This document shows, in pieces, positions 54,501 to 63,253 of a DNA stretch of 64,000 nucleotides. Every line of letters begins with the position of its first letter. Within the stretch, counting starts at the first letter, position 1. The stretch spans positions 47,864,001-47,928,000 of the forward strand of contig CAIIXF020000001.1 of the NCBI GenBank assembly GCA_903813345.2. The letters run 5' to 3'. The notes under the pieces were generated by a model. The model was not told where the DNA came from. It ran no database searches and saw nothing but the letters and a program-made list of their open reading frames with translations. Position numbers and translations under genes: made by a program. The stretch comes from Owenia fusiformis. Taxonomy: Eukaryota.

Positions 54501-54960
54501 TTGATTCTACTTGTCCTCTTCAATCATATTAATGACTCAACTCCACTAAAGTACTTAACAATATCTTCTAGCTCATATATATCATTCTAATGATCGATTC
54601 TTTCCCACTGGTTTATTTAGAATCCTCCAAATACTATCCTCCGAAGACTTAGATCTTAGAATGCCATACACAAGGTAGAGGGAGAAAATCATAAGCTCAC
54701 CGATTCTTGGAATAGCTTTTTATCGGGCAAAATAACAGGGTTGTATAGGGGCTTGATGCAAGACTACATTTGGAATCACTCCCCATTAGTAATCGATTTA
54801 AATAAGTTATTTACAGGCACAGTTCATAAGAACACGATTGTCTAAGACAAGGCTGACATCTGAACATATATCTTCTTAACAACGAAATATTCAAACTCTT
54901 GCAAGGGAATTCATTAGTTAATATCTTACCTGGAATCGCCGATAGCGAATTCACATCCAT
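443..54960 (-). CDS. Spliced gene model: C2H2 zinc finger + low-complexity region + tandem calmodulin-like modules (>=10 EF-hands); 3' end probably outside window
   Basis: 13 exons with GT-AG boundaries and matching phases: 54930-54960, 53465-54376, 49153-49296, 48572-48826, 21285-21337, 17080-17110, 9011-9078, 7151-7226, 5258-5351, 4135-4283, 2397-2474, 1635-1776, 443-555. The 48572->21337 join (27-kb intron) is inferred because it rebuilds DGVIDYT|EFVQMM. Confidence 0.72.
718..1053 (-). mobile_element. Truncated foldback/asymmetric-IR element, related to 42060-43033
   Basis: IR ttattccataat (719) / attatggaataa (970); internal ~52-bp tandem repeat (766-880); one foldback arm (982-1053) then (AT)n. 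Confidence 0.6.
1075..1588 (+). mobile_element. Non-autonomous foldback/asymmetric-IR element
   Basis: Foldback ~1083-1216 centred on gagtgagcGCAgcgaatgag; IR tttatcccatgg (1223) / ccatgggataaa (1577-1588); no TSD seen. Confidence 0.7.
1635..1776 (-). CDS. CaM-like module 3, EF9 exon with a 2-nt frameshift (EFKVSFALFDKDGDGY / ICVKELQSVMQSLGQAPSEDMLKKMFNKVDTD)
   Basis: tttttacag / ATG|gtaaga; 142 nt instead of 144; the two calmodulin-like halves lie in different frames around 1724-1734. Confidence 0.88.
2397..2474 (-). CDS. Junction exon joining module 2 to module 3 (DFVKMMYGKLPTGTKPSVQFSKEQVT)
   Basis: aatttcag / CAG|gtaaat; 78 nt, phase 1-1; starts like the calmodulin last exon and ends like calmodulin exon 2, with no stop. 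Confidence 0.88.
2669..2723 (-). pseudogene. 5'-truncated tRNA-like sequence (Thr-TGT-like) or tRNA-derived SINE head
   Basis: Minus strand: anticodon arm CCTGA-CATGTAA-TCAGG and T arm GTGGG-TTCGATT-CCCAC (B box), followed shortly by T5; no 5' acceptor strand or full D arm. Confidence 0.7.
3512..4069. mobile_element. Possible TTAA-flanked (Kolobok-like) non-autonomous element
   Basis: ttaa|agggt ... accct|ttaa; TIR match is short. Confidence 0.35.
4135..4283 (-). CDS. CaM-like module 2, EF7 (DRDNNGYIDCDE) and degenerate EF8 (GVGKSKRIYYE)
   Basis: ccattacag / AAG|gttagt; 149 nt, phase 2 to 1. Confidence 0.92.
5258..5351 (-). CDS. CaM-like module 2, EF6 end and central linker (RNGRIDFKEFLTMLEDKMKVQCEDAEMRQAF)
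   Basis: ttatttcag / AA|gtaagt; 94 nt, phase 1 to 2. Confidence 0.92.
7151..7226 (-). CDS. CaM-like module 2 exon VVMTAFHQSVTDKELDEIFAKVDLD
   Basis: cttttcttttccag / C|gtaagt; 76 nt; 68+76 = 144 nt. Confidence 0.92.
9011..9078 (-). CDS. CaM-like module 2, EF5 (DLRIAFNLLDKDKDGTITKDELK)
   Basis: tgatttcag / AAG|gtaagt; canonical EF-hand loop; 68 nt, phase 1 to 0. Confidence 0.92.
9011..9256 (-). CDS. Candidate alternative 5'-extended exon giving a Lys/Ser/Thr-rich N-terminus (MASILKKTSTK...) in frame with EF5
   Basis: ATG at 9256 (AGTATGG) with an in-frame stop just upstream; about 59 open codons run through the internal acceptor at 9078 into EF5. Confidence 0.5.
12520..12616. repeat. ~97-bp hairpin / mini-MITE
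   Basis: gtagccatgcccaagtcggt ... accgacttgggcaaggctac. Confidence 0.7.
12642..13700 (+). mobile_element. Internally deleted mariner-type transposon
   Basis: TA TSD, ~190-bp TIRs starting cagggcgttcagtaagtaaagc; ORF 13012-13413 has QDNAPSH, YSPDKAPCDF and W..R...C....G.YFE transposase motifs. Confidence 0.93.
15243..16691 (+). mobile_element. Head-to-tail dimer of a 563-bp foldback/asymmetric-IR element
   Basis: Copies 15243-15805 and 15806-16691 are near-identical; the second carries a 318-bp insert plus 5-bp TSD (563+323 = 886). Confidence 0.9.
16089..16406 (+). mobile_element. hAT-like MITE with 5-bp TSD (TTTAT)
   Basis: TIR cactggcggatctggg / cccagatccgcccctg; the empty site is visible in the sister copy at ~15515-15530. 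Confidence 0.88.
17080..17110 (-). CDS. CaM-like module 2, 31-nt exon NGKFSPEQVA
   Basis: gattttcag / CAG|gtgagc; same size and phases (0 to 1) as calmodulin exon 2 (ADQLTEEQIA). Confidence 0.85.
18557..19850. repeat. Degenerate ~40-56-bp minisatellite (gtacacgtcaatcaatggtaaaaatgttcatcgaatagtgcctatataaggg), interrupted by a mariner
   Basis: About 10 units visible at 18557-18806 and 19546-19850. Confidence 0.85.
18807..19545 (-). mobile_element. Second deleted mariner-type element
   Basis: ~100-bp TIRs, right end gaacgccctg|TA, left end lacks 9 bp; remnants of the N-terminal HTH region (LGNSRKQTLEDIHKVFGKEAMTKRTIY) and C-terminus (EW*VRHQRCIDHGGHYFE). Confidence 0.85.
21285..21337 (-). CDS. 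Linker exon (E)FVQMMSRRFSHSLDYTE: final helix of a CaM module with no stop codon
   Basis: tttcttgcag acceptor, GAG|gtaaga donor; EFVQMM is identical to the start of the calmodulin last exon; phase 1 in, phase 0 out. Confidence 0.85.
21488..21508 (-). CDS. Candidate 21-nt symmetric microexon (EVAMCLL) or short first exon (MCLL from ATG at 21500)
   Basis: catctttttag acceptor, GCCATG, strong TAG|gtgagc donor in phase 1, 150 nt upstream of the acceptor at 21337. Confidence 0.38.
   Translation of the reverse strand, partial: RSPCAC
26179..26227 (-). CDS. Candidate alternative first coding exon MRDDKVNFTISVRRRP
   Basis: ATG preceded by an in-frame TAG, 16 codons, CAG|gtgaat donor in phase 1. 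Confidence 0.33.
26860..27691. mobile_element. TTAA-flanked non-autonomous TIR element (Kolobok-like)
   Basis: ttaa|aggccccatataaagtttaaa ... tttcaaactctagacggggact|ttaa. Confidence 0.7.
28538..28649 (-). CDS. Candidate alternative first coding exon MERLTKIFTCGTLRRRQYTTDENTGGKTTRKRRRSLP
   Basis: ACGATGG start, 37 open codons in a GC-richer patch, CAG|gtttgt donor in phase 1, compatible with the acceptor at 21337. Confidence 0.55.
29364..30147. mobile_element. Unclassified TIR element; partial second copy at ~49687-50110
   Basis: atcacaccaaactcgttct ... agaactagtttggtgtgat; extra internal end-like motif at ~29745-29763; dispersed homologue at 49687. Confidence 0.7.
31782..35060. mobile_element. 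Non-autonomous CACTA/CMC-like element with internal tandem repeats
   Basis: cactgtgcaaaa ... ttttgcacagtg termini, GAA 3-bp TSD, degenerate ~400-bp inverted arms (32160-32199 matches 34699-34740), internal units starting at 32771, 33655 and 34428. Confidence 0.82.
35662..35868. mobile_element. MITE with ATT 3-bp TSD (PIF/Harbinger-group-like)
   Basis: agggaggttaagatacgcgttttt / aaaaacgcgtaacttaacctccct, flanked by att on both sides. Confidence 0.75.
38300..39590. repeat. Degenerate tandem repeat array (aaaatggccgc...aagatggctgcccaaaagttgatcagctctagaac...gcaaatttggagaaaatc), interrupted
   Basis: Units at 38300-38640 and 39230-39590. Confidence 0.75.
38653..38959 (+). mobile_element. hAT-like MITE with 5-bp TSD (ATGAG), same family as 16089-16406
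   Basis: cagtggcggatcc ... ggatccgtcactg; ATGAG on both sides; related fragments at ~41705-41870 and ~61790-61935. Confidence 0.88.
42060..43033 (+). mobile_element. Foldback/asymmetric-IR element with internal 12-bp minisatellite
   Basis: Foldback 42063-42243 centred on ccGAgggcGATAgcccGAg; IR ttatttcataat / attatggaataa; (tctgatacggga)n at 42877-42970. Confidence 0.75.
44575..45130. repeat. ~555-bp imperfect palindrome (foldback MITE)
   Basis: Arms pair from tttcaaggtgactc/gagtaaccttgaaa inward to a ~10-nt loop near 44853. Confidence 0.85.
48572..48826 (-). CDS. CaM-like module 1, EF2 end, EF3 (DKNNDGKITREE) and EF4 (DLNKDGVIDYT)
   Basis: 255 nt, phase 1-1; cttatttag / G|gtaagt; clear calmodulin C-lobe similarity (EEMRAAFRVFDK...LGEKLTEEEIDAML). 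Confidence 0.93.
49153..49296 (-). CDS. CaM-like module 1, EF1 and start of EF2 (YRETFDMLDTNNDGGITKKQ...VDSD)
   Basis: Exactly 144 nt, phase 1-1, like the corresponding calmodulin exon; tttgtag / G|gtatgt. Confidence 0.9.
50693..51494. mobile_element. Possible TTAA-flanked TIR element
   Basis: ttaa|aggtggtatcaaatct ... agatctgattctcccct|ttaa; imperfect TIR. Confidence 0.4.
53465..54376 (-). CDS. 912-nt exon: C2H2-type zinc finger (CYHC-x12-H-x4-H) then Ser/Pro/Thr-rich region ending FVLSEEDVS
   Basis: Longest ORF in the window; tttcag acceptor, CAG|gtaaat donor, phase 1 to phase 1. Its end parallels the calmodulin N-terminus (QLTEEQIA). Confidence 0.8.
54930..54960 (-). CDS. Probable first coding exon (MDVNSLSAIP); exon 54930-54986 includes upstream sequence
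   Basis: Acceptor ttgtattgtag, ATG in GACATGG context at 54960, donor CAG|gtaaga in phase 1 matching the next exon. Confidence 0.6.
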
Positions 54961-57900
54961 GTCCGATGTCGTTCTGTTTAACCAATCTACAATACAAACG
55001 AATTGACAGTCTTAATATATTGGAAAACGTAAGATCCAAGATGCTGATCGATCATGGATTATTCATTTTTCACATAATATCTATTGTAGTAAGTTGATAT
55101 TTATAGAACCGTTTAATAAAATAAAATCATAAGCACTTAGGGAAGCAATCACTATATTCTAGCACCTATACTGTAGTCTCCCTTTGGTATCAAAGACAAG
55201 AGGTACACGTACAGTAGGGTGTATATTTAGATCCTCCACTAAGGGCATATCAATAACAACCATCTTATCGGCTTTAACACATTGTATGTTACCATCAAAG
55301 TCAGGCTTATCCTCAGAGACACCAGTATTGATACAATGAGGCCAAAGCAAGTAAAGATAACGTTGAAGATCAATGCCTTCCGTTTATATCTCAATAAGTC
55401 ATGTATAGTATAGGTAAAAAGATATCGTTTCAACAACGTGGTCTTATCTATTGTATATCTATTGAGCATGTAATATAGACAAGGGTAAAGAGAACTTCGT
55501 ATGTTTCCCCAATATGTAAATCGATCCTGATTGTATTGGCCTTAATGCTCTAAATAAATGAATTGATCGTGATATATTATAACCAACCTAAGTATCGACG
55601 GTTCGTTGAACTTGAAACCTCTTATGGGTAGACGTCCTGTTCCATAATTGTGAAATACTCCATGATTGAAGTGATAACGTGGAGAGCTCTACTGTGTTGT
55701 TATTCCTCACTAATATTGCCAACTAGGGAACGATATTCTTGGGAGATCGCTGTACACGTTTCCCAATATAAAGCAGACTCCTTGTATGTCGCACTGGTAC
55801 TGGAACCTGGTTGTACCTTTACTTTTAGATCTTCAGTTTCATTCGATATATGGCGAAAACTATTCCAAATGCGAATGATTTTAGAAACTGATTTGCAGTA
55901 TATCCAGTAATTTGTGGTGGTTAGTTCCTTAAAGTGAGTTGTAAAGCTTCCCACATCATCTCAACCAAGCGTGATTCACTGTAGGCTTTGCCCTAATGAG
56001 AGGCCGATTTCGAGTTGTGTTTTAACACCTGAAACGCAGAAATGCACTGAGATATCATTCGCTTGTCGATCTGAAAATATTCCAATTACCTGAAAAACAC
56101 CATCTCAATTTATTCAGAGCAGCTCATTTTCCTCCTTAATTTGACATCGATTTTGTATGAAGCCTTCTATTTTCGTCAGTTACTTGATTAAATGTAATAT
56201 CAAAAATAACCTCAGTAGAACAACAACGCTTTGACATTTAACCACTGATAATGATTGATAAGTATTATTTTCAAACTCTTCAAATTATGAATCTGACCAC
56301 TTAAACCCCTATTTAAACCTATTTATAGCCCTTATCGATAAATTGTTCACAACTGTATATAACAAATTGTTTCACCTAACACCTATTCCCCAGCTTTCGT
56401 AAACTCCACGTCCAGGTCGACCCTGTTTGATCTGTAAAGATTCCCGATCTATCGAAATCTTTCGCAGCAATAGGTTTACTTTTAGATGTCAGAATGAATC
56501 AGAGATACTTATTTTGCTCCTAGAAATCCAACGAGGCCAGAACACATGCCAGCTAGCCGAGTTCAAAGAACCTCGTATCCAAGTACATCCTATACTATAC
56601 CAGGTTAATCGTTTACATTCCACTTATTTATTATTCGTTTCCTCAATCTTATTGAATGCACACCTACCTTTGTTTATGTTTCCTAAAATCTCTGGTAAGT
56701 TAGCGGTAAGGTTGCCTGTATGTATATGTGTGTGTGTAAGCAATAATTCCAATGTGCTGACTTGCTTACTTGCTTGCTTGCTGCTTGTGGTCGATACTTG
56801 ATAGTTCACGAGCTAGGGCTATAAATCAGCAGCTAACTATCCTAGTCCTGCATAAAACCCCAGAAATATGCTCAAATATGAGCTTGTTATTGATGAGGCA
56901 GTTCAATTATAAGATTGACAAAATTCACATGTTTTTCTGGCTTGTATGCGGGACTGTAACTGCAGTAATACGATTATGAGTCGAGCTGATAGTCATAACC
57001 AGTCAAGTGCCCTTTAAAATTACATTTTGTTTTATGTGTCCTGTTGTTAAAGTATGTAATATGTAGGACTTTAGGCGATACTCTAGCGGAACTCATGTTG
57101 TAACACACACATTTATAATGACCCTAAAAGTTGTTTTCTTGTTGGCAACACGATCGTGGAATTTTAATTGAATGGAAACAAATTTGATATGGGACCCTGA
57201 GTGTATTGCTTTTGGGTAATCTCTGGAAACGCTTAAGTCTCATCTTATCATATCCATTGAACATAAAAACAATTCCTCCATCTCACTCAAAATTAGCTTC
57301 AAAAAGTTAAAAACTAGATGGTGGAAATGTGGAGCTACCGCTTTACAAATTTCCAGTAACTCGAAAAGTGCTTTACTCCCAGGAGAATAATATCTTATTT
57401 AAGTTTTACCATAAGTCTGATTGGCTGATTCTATCACGTGTCCATAGATGAGAAACTGGTAGGAGACCCTCTTCATGCTCTTCCTCAAGAAAAAACAAAG
57501 TGGTGACATTTAAGATGGTTGGCAATTATAACAGGCGGTTACAATAGAAGTTAACTTGTTATTCATTTCATGACCTTGTTATTTTAGTTTAATAATGCAC
57601 AGATTTTATGAGTACAGTAACCATTGCGTATACTAGTTGTGTAAACCCATCAATATTATGAGAAAACCAACAAGTGGTCCTTAAAATTCAAATCGCATAT
57701 TAGAATATAATATTTCATTAATATTTGATAAAACGAGTAACTTTGATTTGATTGGTTGTTAACATAATACGTAACTATACATGTATGTGTAAACCAATCA
57801 TGTAAACTATAAAATACAAATGTATGTTTAAGTAAGTTAGATATGTTACACCCCCTCCAAAAGTTTGCAAACAGAAGTACCCCATTGAATAACGTGTTAT

Positions 57901-58885
57901 TGTTGACAGACTGATTTTATATTCGTACTTTATTTTGTTCCACAGTTGCGTATGGGAATTTGTAACTTTGTTAAATCTGCTAAAAGTTGCCAGCCATAAA
58001 CAGGATAACAAGTTGTTCAAAGGTGGACTTTTACTTTCCAGGTGGTGGTTAGATTAATTCATCTTACACGCATTCGGTAGTTATGACATCATACGAAATG
58101 AAATCGCTCCTGTTTAAACAATTTTGAAATTTTGGTTTAGTATGTTGAGCGCTAGTCATAAATTCCAGAACTATTTTGCAACTGATGAGCAAAATCAACG
58201 AGAATATGTTTCCTGTCTTTTAGTCAGACAGAAATGTCTGTTCACTTGGATCTACTGCCACCAGTGTACTTAAAGTTCCTTCTCCTTATACTGGATAGCG
58301 CACATTTCATCACTGGGGCAACGCTGCCGGGACTCATACGTGTAGTTCGAGGACGGTGTCATTATACGTGTTTGCCTACGTATGAATGTTCAAATATTTC
58401 CCAACATGTCACCTGTTTGTTACATATGATCAATCATTATCGTTTGTTCAAACACTTTATGCTCTTGCAACTGATATTGTTTGTTTGGACACGATGTATC
58501 GTAGCAAGCTATAGAATCGTCAACTTACACTCCCATCCAAAAGTTTGGCAAGTCTAACTCTTCAATTATAGACTCCATGTTTATGTTTAAGTTCTTAGAG
58601 TATTAAAACCTCTAAATGAAATATTACTTAAACGATCGATTCCCTTTACATGTACCCCCAAGTAAGTTTAATTTATCTTTACCTTTTGGTGTATAGGTAA
58701 TGCAAATCCAAATCAAAACATATGTAAGTTGGAATGTTTAAACGTTGTATCATCCGGAGGCTGAGAAACAACAAATAAAATGTTTAAAACACTCAAGGTG
58801 TACTGTGTTGTTATGACATACATGTAGTGTACTGTATGTAAAGAAATGGAATCATTTAACAACAGCATATATCTTAGACACTGGT

Positions 58886-59190
58886 CAAGGAGGATTGGCT
58901 CCCAGAGTGCACCACCGATATTCTGTCCCATATATGGGTATGTCGTAATACAAAATTCGAATTCAAACAGCCGCCATTTTGTTCACTTCAACATTTAAAT
59001 CGTGAATTTTGGTCTTATTTCCAAACGAAAAATTCCAAAACTCACAAGAAATGATCGAGATATTGGTTCGAATCTTTTGAACTGTTTATTTTGAATTTAT
59101 AGTCGGTTTTAATTTCAGAAAATAACGACATTTCGACGTTTTCATTGTTGGAAAATATCGAGTTTCGATCCTGGGAGCCAATCCTCCTTG
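58886..59190. mobile_element. 305-bp MITE with perfect 20-bp TIR and 9-bp TSD (Mutator-like by TSD length)
   Basis: caaggaggattggctcccag / ctgggagccaatcctccttg; gacactggt at 58877-58885 and 59191-59199. Confidence 0.9.
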
Positions 59191-61660
59191 GACACTGGTG
59201 AAAGGTGAAGACCAGAAATTACCTTATTAAGAAGTAATCGAGTCAGTAAACACCCCCCCCCCCATCCCATAGCCCCAAAAAATTAATTGAAAATATAATT
59301 GTTCTAATATAAATATTTTTGGCCCACATTAATCTTCATATACTCTGTTTGTGCATTGTGTTCATTTTTCTAGATAATGTGGATATGATCCATTAGATAT
59401 GATCCAAAGAAATTGTTCTGATTCGACGATCAGAATATCAGTTTTGATTCGAAAGGTTTCTCTCCATTTTGACATTTTGTTTTCTGATGATACCCAGTTC
59501 AATTTACATCAGCTCTGCTGGAATACTGACATAGTTGGGATAATATGAATTACATGTTTCTCTATGCCAGTTTCAAAGGCATTTTGAGCAAGATTGACCC
59601 ATTCAGCTACCCGGGTTCAGCTATCTATGCAACATTCAGTGATTGCACTTACCCGAGTAGCACTTAACGTATCATCCCAATTTGGCAAATAACGATGTGT
59701 TTCCAGGTACTTGATTGGCACGCTAACGTATGGCGAGTTTGTAACCTCTGAGTGTGTTACTTATGCTAAATAATGCAATTTTGCTTTGTAGTTATCATTC
59801 CCAGGATTTTTAACATACATGTTGCTGATAAGGTCACGGTTATAGCAATGAGAAACGTCAAATAGGTGAAGCCTGTTTTTGTAAATAAATGCCTTGGGCA
59901 TTATGGTCTTGTTTGGTGTTTCAATTATGTCGCTTTTTGTGTATTATGATTTACCATGCCCTATGGCAAGCAAGAACATGTGCTCCATCTTAAGATCTGC
60001 TTTCAGTATACGTTCACCCTTTTCTAGAGCTGGATCAATTTTGCATCTGAGAAAAGATGTTCATCTGGTAATTCTTACTAATCTCTGGCCCTTATATCTG
60101 ATAGTGTGTATTCTCAGAGTTCGATTTGATGTTGTTCGATCCAAACATTCGATTTGCACACATAACATAACATAATTTCTTTTTTCGGATATAAAGTAAA
60201 AATTTATTGGCAAAGCAATTTTATCTCAAATTTACATGCATTCATATAGGATTAATGACAATGAAAGACGTTTTTGTTTACAAGTCTTTTACATAGGTAT
60301 GTTCTCATATATCAACCAGTGATTCATTTGCATGGTAAGTTAATACAATGCCATATCATATGTTAACACATGATAGTCAACAAGATGCTATAAATACACT
60401 AGTACAAATCACAGAAATAAAACTATGCCAGGCAGATTAGTAATATGCAATTTACAGCGTACCTGGGTACCACAATAAATGCACGTAGTATACGTACTTT
60501 ACATGTTCAAGCTATTAGCACATATCACATAAAAAGCAAACAACTTAAAAATATATTTCCTCTTCCCTAACAGTTTTGAAAGCATATATAATTCTATAGT
60601 ATGTGCTGTTCGATAGTCAGCGATTCACTCCTGGTTACCAGTGAGTACGTCAAAATGCACAATGCGTAATCTAAGCATGTTTTTGAACAATTTGCAATTA
60701 CGTTCGAGGTTGTAAATCTAAATAACACGAGAAAAGAACACGATTTACCAACGGCAAATATCCCGAACGTTCAAGTCGCTTTCGCTGACGGCATTGTTCG
60801 TTTTTTCTATGTAGCACGATGAAAATTAGCACAGATCCTGGGTTGAACTTATTGCTTTGATTTAACAAAGATAATTGCTGTGTCGAAATGATGAGCAAGT
60901 ACTGAACAAACAAGCTTATCAGAATACTCAATGATAAGTAGATTCGGAACAAATATTCCGTTTGCTACATTTAGAGCCATTGCATCATGTCGTATTTATT
61001 TTCCTGTATTAATGGGCTTGGCAACGGGGTTACCGCTACGATGACTATCGTTTCCGTAATTAAACTTATACACACGTGGAAAAATGGCCAAAAAAATTAT
61101 ATTATATTTATTCATTTTTAGCATTGCATTGTCTCTTCTTTGTATGTTTGCTTGTTTGCTGCGGCGACTTTTGGCAGCAGTTGAAAGATGTCGCCATAGG
61201 CCACAATTGAATTATTCGTCAATATCGACGACGGCCACAATGACCAAGTGAAAGAGAGGGTACATGCATACAAAAGTACAACTTTTGGTTAATAATACGG
61301 AAACTATAGTAATCGTGTTACATACAACAATGTGATTGATAACCTAGTCACAGATTGCATGCAAAAGCAATAAAATCAATAGAATTGGCAATTTCAACAT
61401 TTGAACATTTCCAGCTGTAAAAGCGCTATTCAGTGAATTTATCAACCATTGAAACTGTTAATGGTTTACAACATAGTACGTGATAGAGATTCAAAGTAAA
61501 ATATCATTAACATTTTAATGAACGCATAATTATCAATCAGCTAAAGCACATTCGTTTATGGCATTTTATAATCTACTTTCATATCGTATCTACAAACGGC
61601 TGTTATTATATAAACGTACGGCAATGAAACGACTACAAAAGATACATATAAAATCGATTC

Positions 61661-62044
61661 AAAATGAGATGAAAACATAGCCTACAATGAATAAATTCTT
61701 TTCTATTTCATGCCCCCCCCCCCACCCTCCTACTAGCCCCAAGACATTGAAAAACATAACGTGTCCAGTTCTCAGACAAGAAAAAATTTTGGGCCCCTAA
61801 AATCAGAAAGTGGGCCCAAATTTTGAAATTTTGATTTATGACCAAAAAGGCCCACTTTTTGGGGCCTTAGACTTTTTGACTCAAAATCTTTTTTGGGCCC
61901 AATTTTTTTTTCAAGCCCACCCAAGGGGGGGGGCAATTAAAAATGAGATGCAAACATAGCCTACAATGAATAAATTCTTTTCTATTTCATGCCCCCCCCC
62001 CCACCCTCCTGCCAGCCCCAAGACATTGAAAAACATAACGTGTC
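61661..62044. repeat. ~105-bp direct repeats flanking a hAT-like MITE fragment
   Basis: aaaatgagatg...cataacgtgtc at 61661-61765 and 61940-62044. Confidence 0.8.
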
Positions 62045-62750
62045 AGACAGATTCTCTGGGTTTGAAAATATTTGAACGAAGTAGCACGATTATTCAGCAT
62101 CTAAACAAAAATCTAAATGTTAGATGGTACAAAAGCCCTACAACTTATTTAAAATATTTACATTTTATGAAGAGACACTGGTTAGCACATTCAATACATA
62201 TTATATTATGCAACGTAAGTTTATCATGACATTGTTGATCTAATATCATATTAACTTAGTCAGGAAAACCAGTATTTGTGAACTACAGCTTGTCCAAATT
62301 TTGGAGAAATTTTATACCCACACGGGCTTTGTTGGCTAGTCTAATTGTTAGTATATCCTCGACGCTATGTCTTGTTTGAGTCACGATGTATTCCACCTGA
62401 GGATAATAAACCAATAATAACTGTAGAATGTATCCAAACATCATCAAATGCTGTCTTGAGATACTTATTTCATGGATCCACACAACTACTCTCAGTTTTC
62501 CTTGCGTGGAAATGCGAATTTGGGTAACATATAAACTTGATTGAACACTTTCCTGAGAGCCAGTGCCTGACTATTCGTCTATAGCGTCATGTCTTGCCAT
62601 GGTCTCCTGAATCCAAGGAACATAGTGAGATACCCTCGCGTAAACACCCGGGTTGTTCGGGGACGCACACTCGCCTGGAACACACATATACAGGAGTGCA
62701 TGACAACGTTTTCCCTTTTAAAGTAACCGTTACATGAGAATGTAATATTA

Positions 62751-63253
62751 TCACTGTTCCACAGCTGGATGACTCTAGCTGCAGTTAGCTTCATCCAAGA
62801 TGGTTGCCGAGATTCTTTCGTTTTCGATAAACCTCCGATTTCAGCTAAACTAAGTTGAATCTTGATTTCAAAAGTTTCGTCCTGCAAATTAATAAAACAA
62901 CAAATGCTCAAACACCCGCAATATTAGAGAATTTTAAAGATAACGGCTTCACTTAGAATGACTCTAACTGAAGTTAATGATCTATGTCATCATTACGTCA
63001 TTATCAACTTCAGTCATTCCTGAGTCATTCCTGAAGTGAAGCCGTTTTCTTTAAAATTCTCCAATATATTGTTTGAGCATTTATTTGTAGTTATTTACCA
63101 TCGTAGCTTTATTCATTTGCATGGCGAAACATTTGGAATCAAGAATCAACTTAGTTTAGCTGAAATCGGAGCTTTATCGAAATCGAAAGAATTTCGGCAA
63201 CCAACTTGAATGAAGCTAACTGCAGTTAGAGTCATCCAGCTGTGGAACAATGA
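62751..63253. repeat. ~500-bp imperfect palindrome (foldback MITE)
   Basis: tcactgttccacagctggatgactct ... agagtcatccagctgtggaacaatga; pairing continues to a centre near 62990. Confidence 0.88.

Noticed and set aside
59440..62500. Possible 3' UTR or decayed ORF of a neighbouring minus-strand gene (AATAAA near 60203)
   Set aside because: No coding exon found in the window, and AATAAA is common at this AT content.
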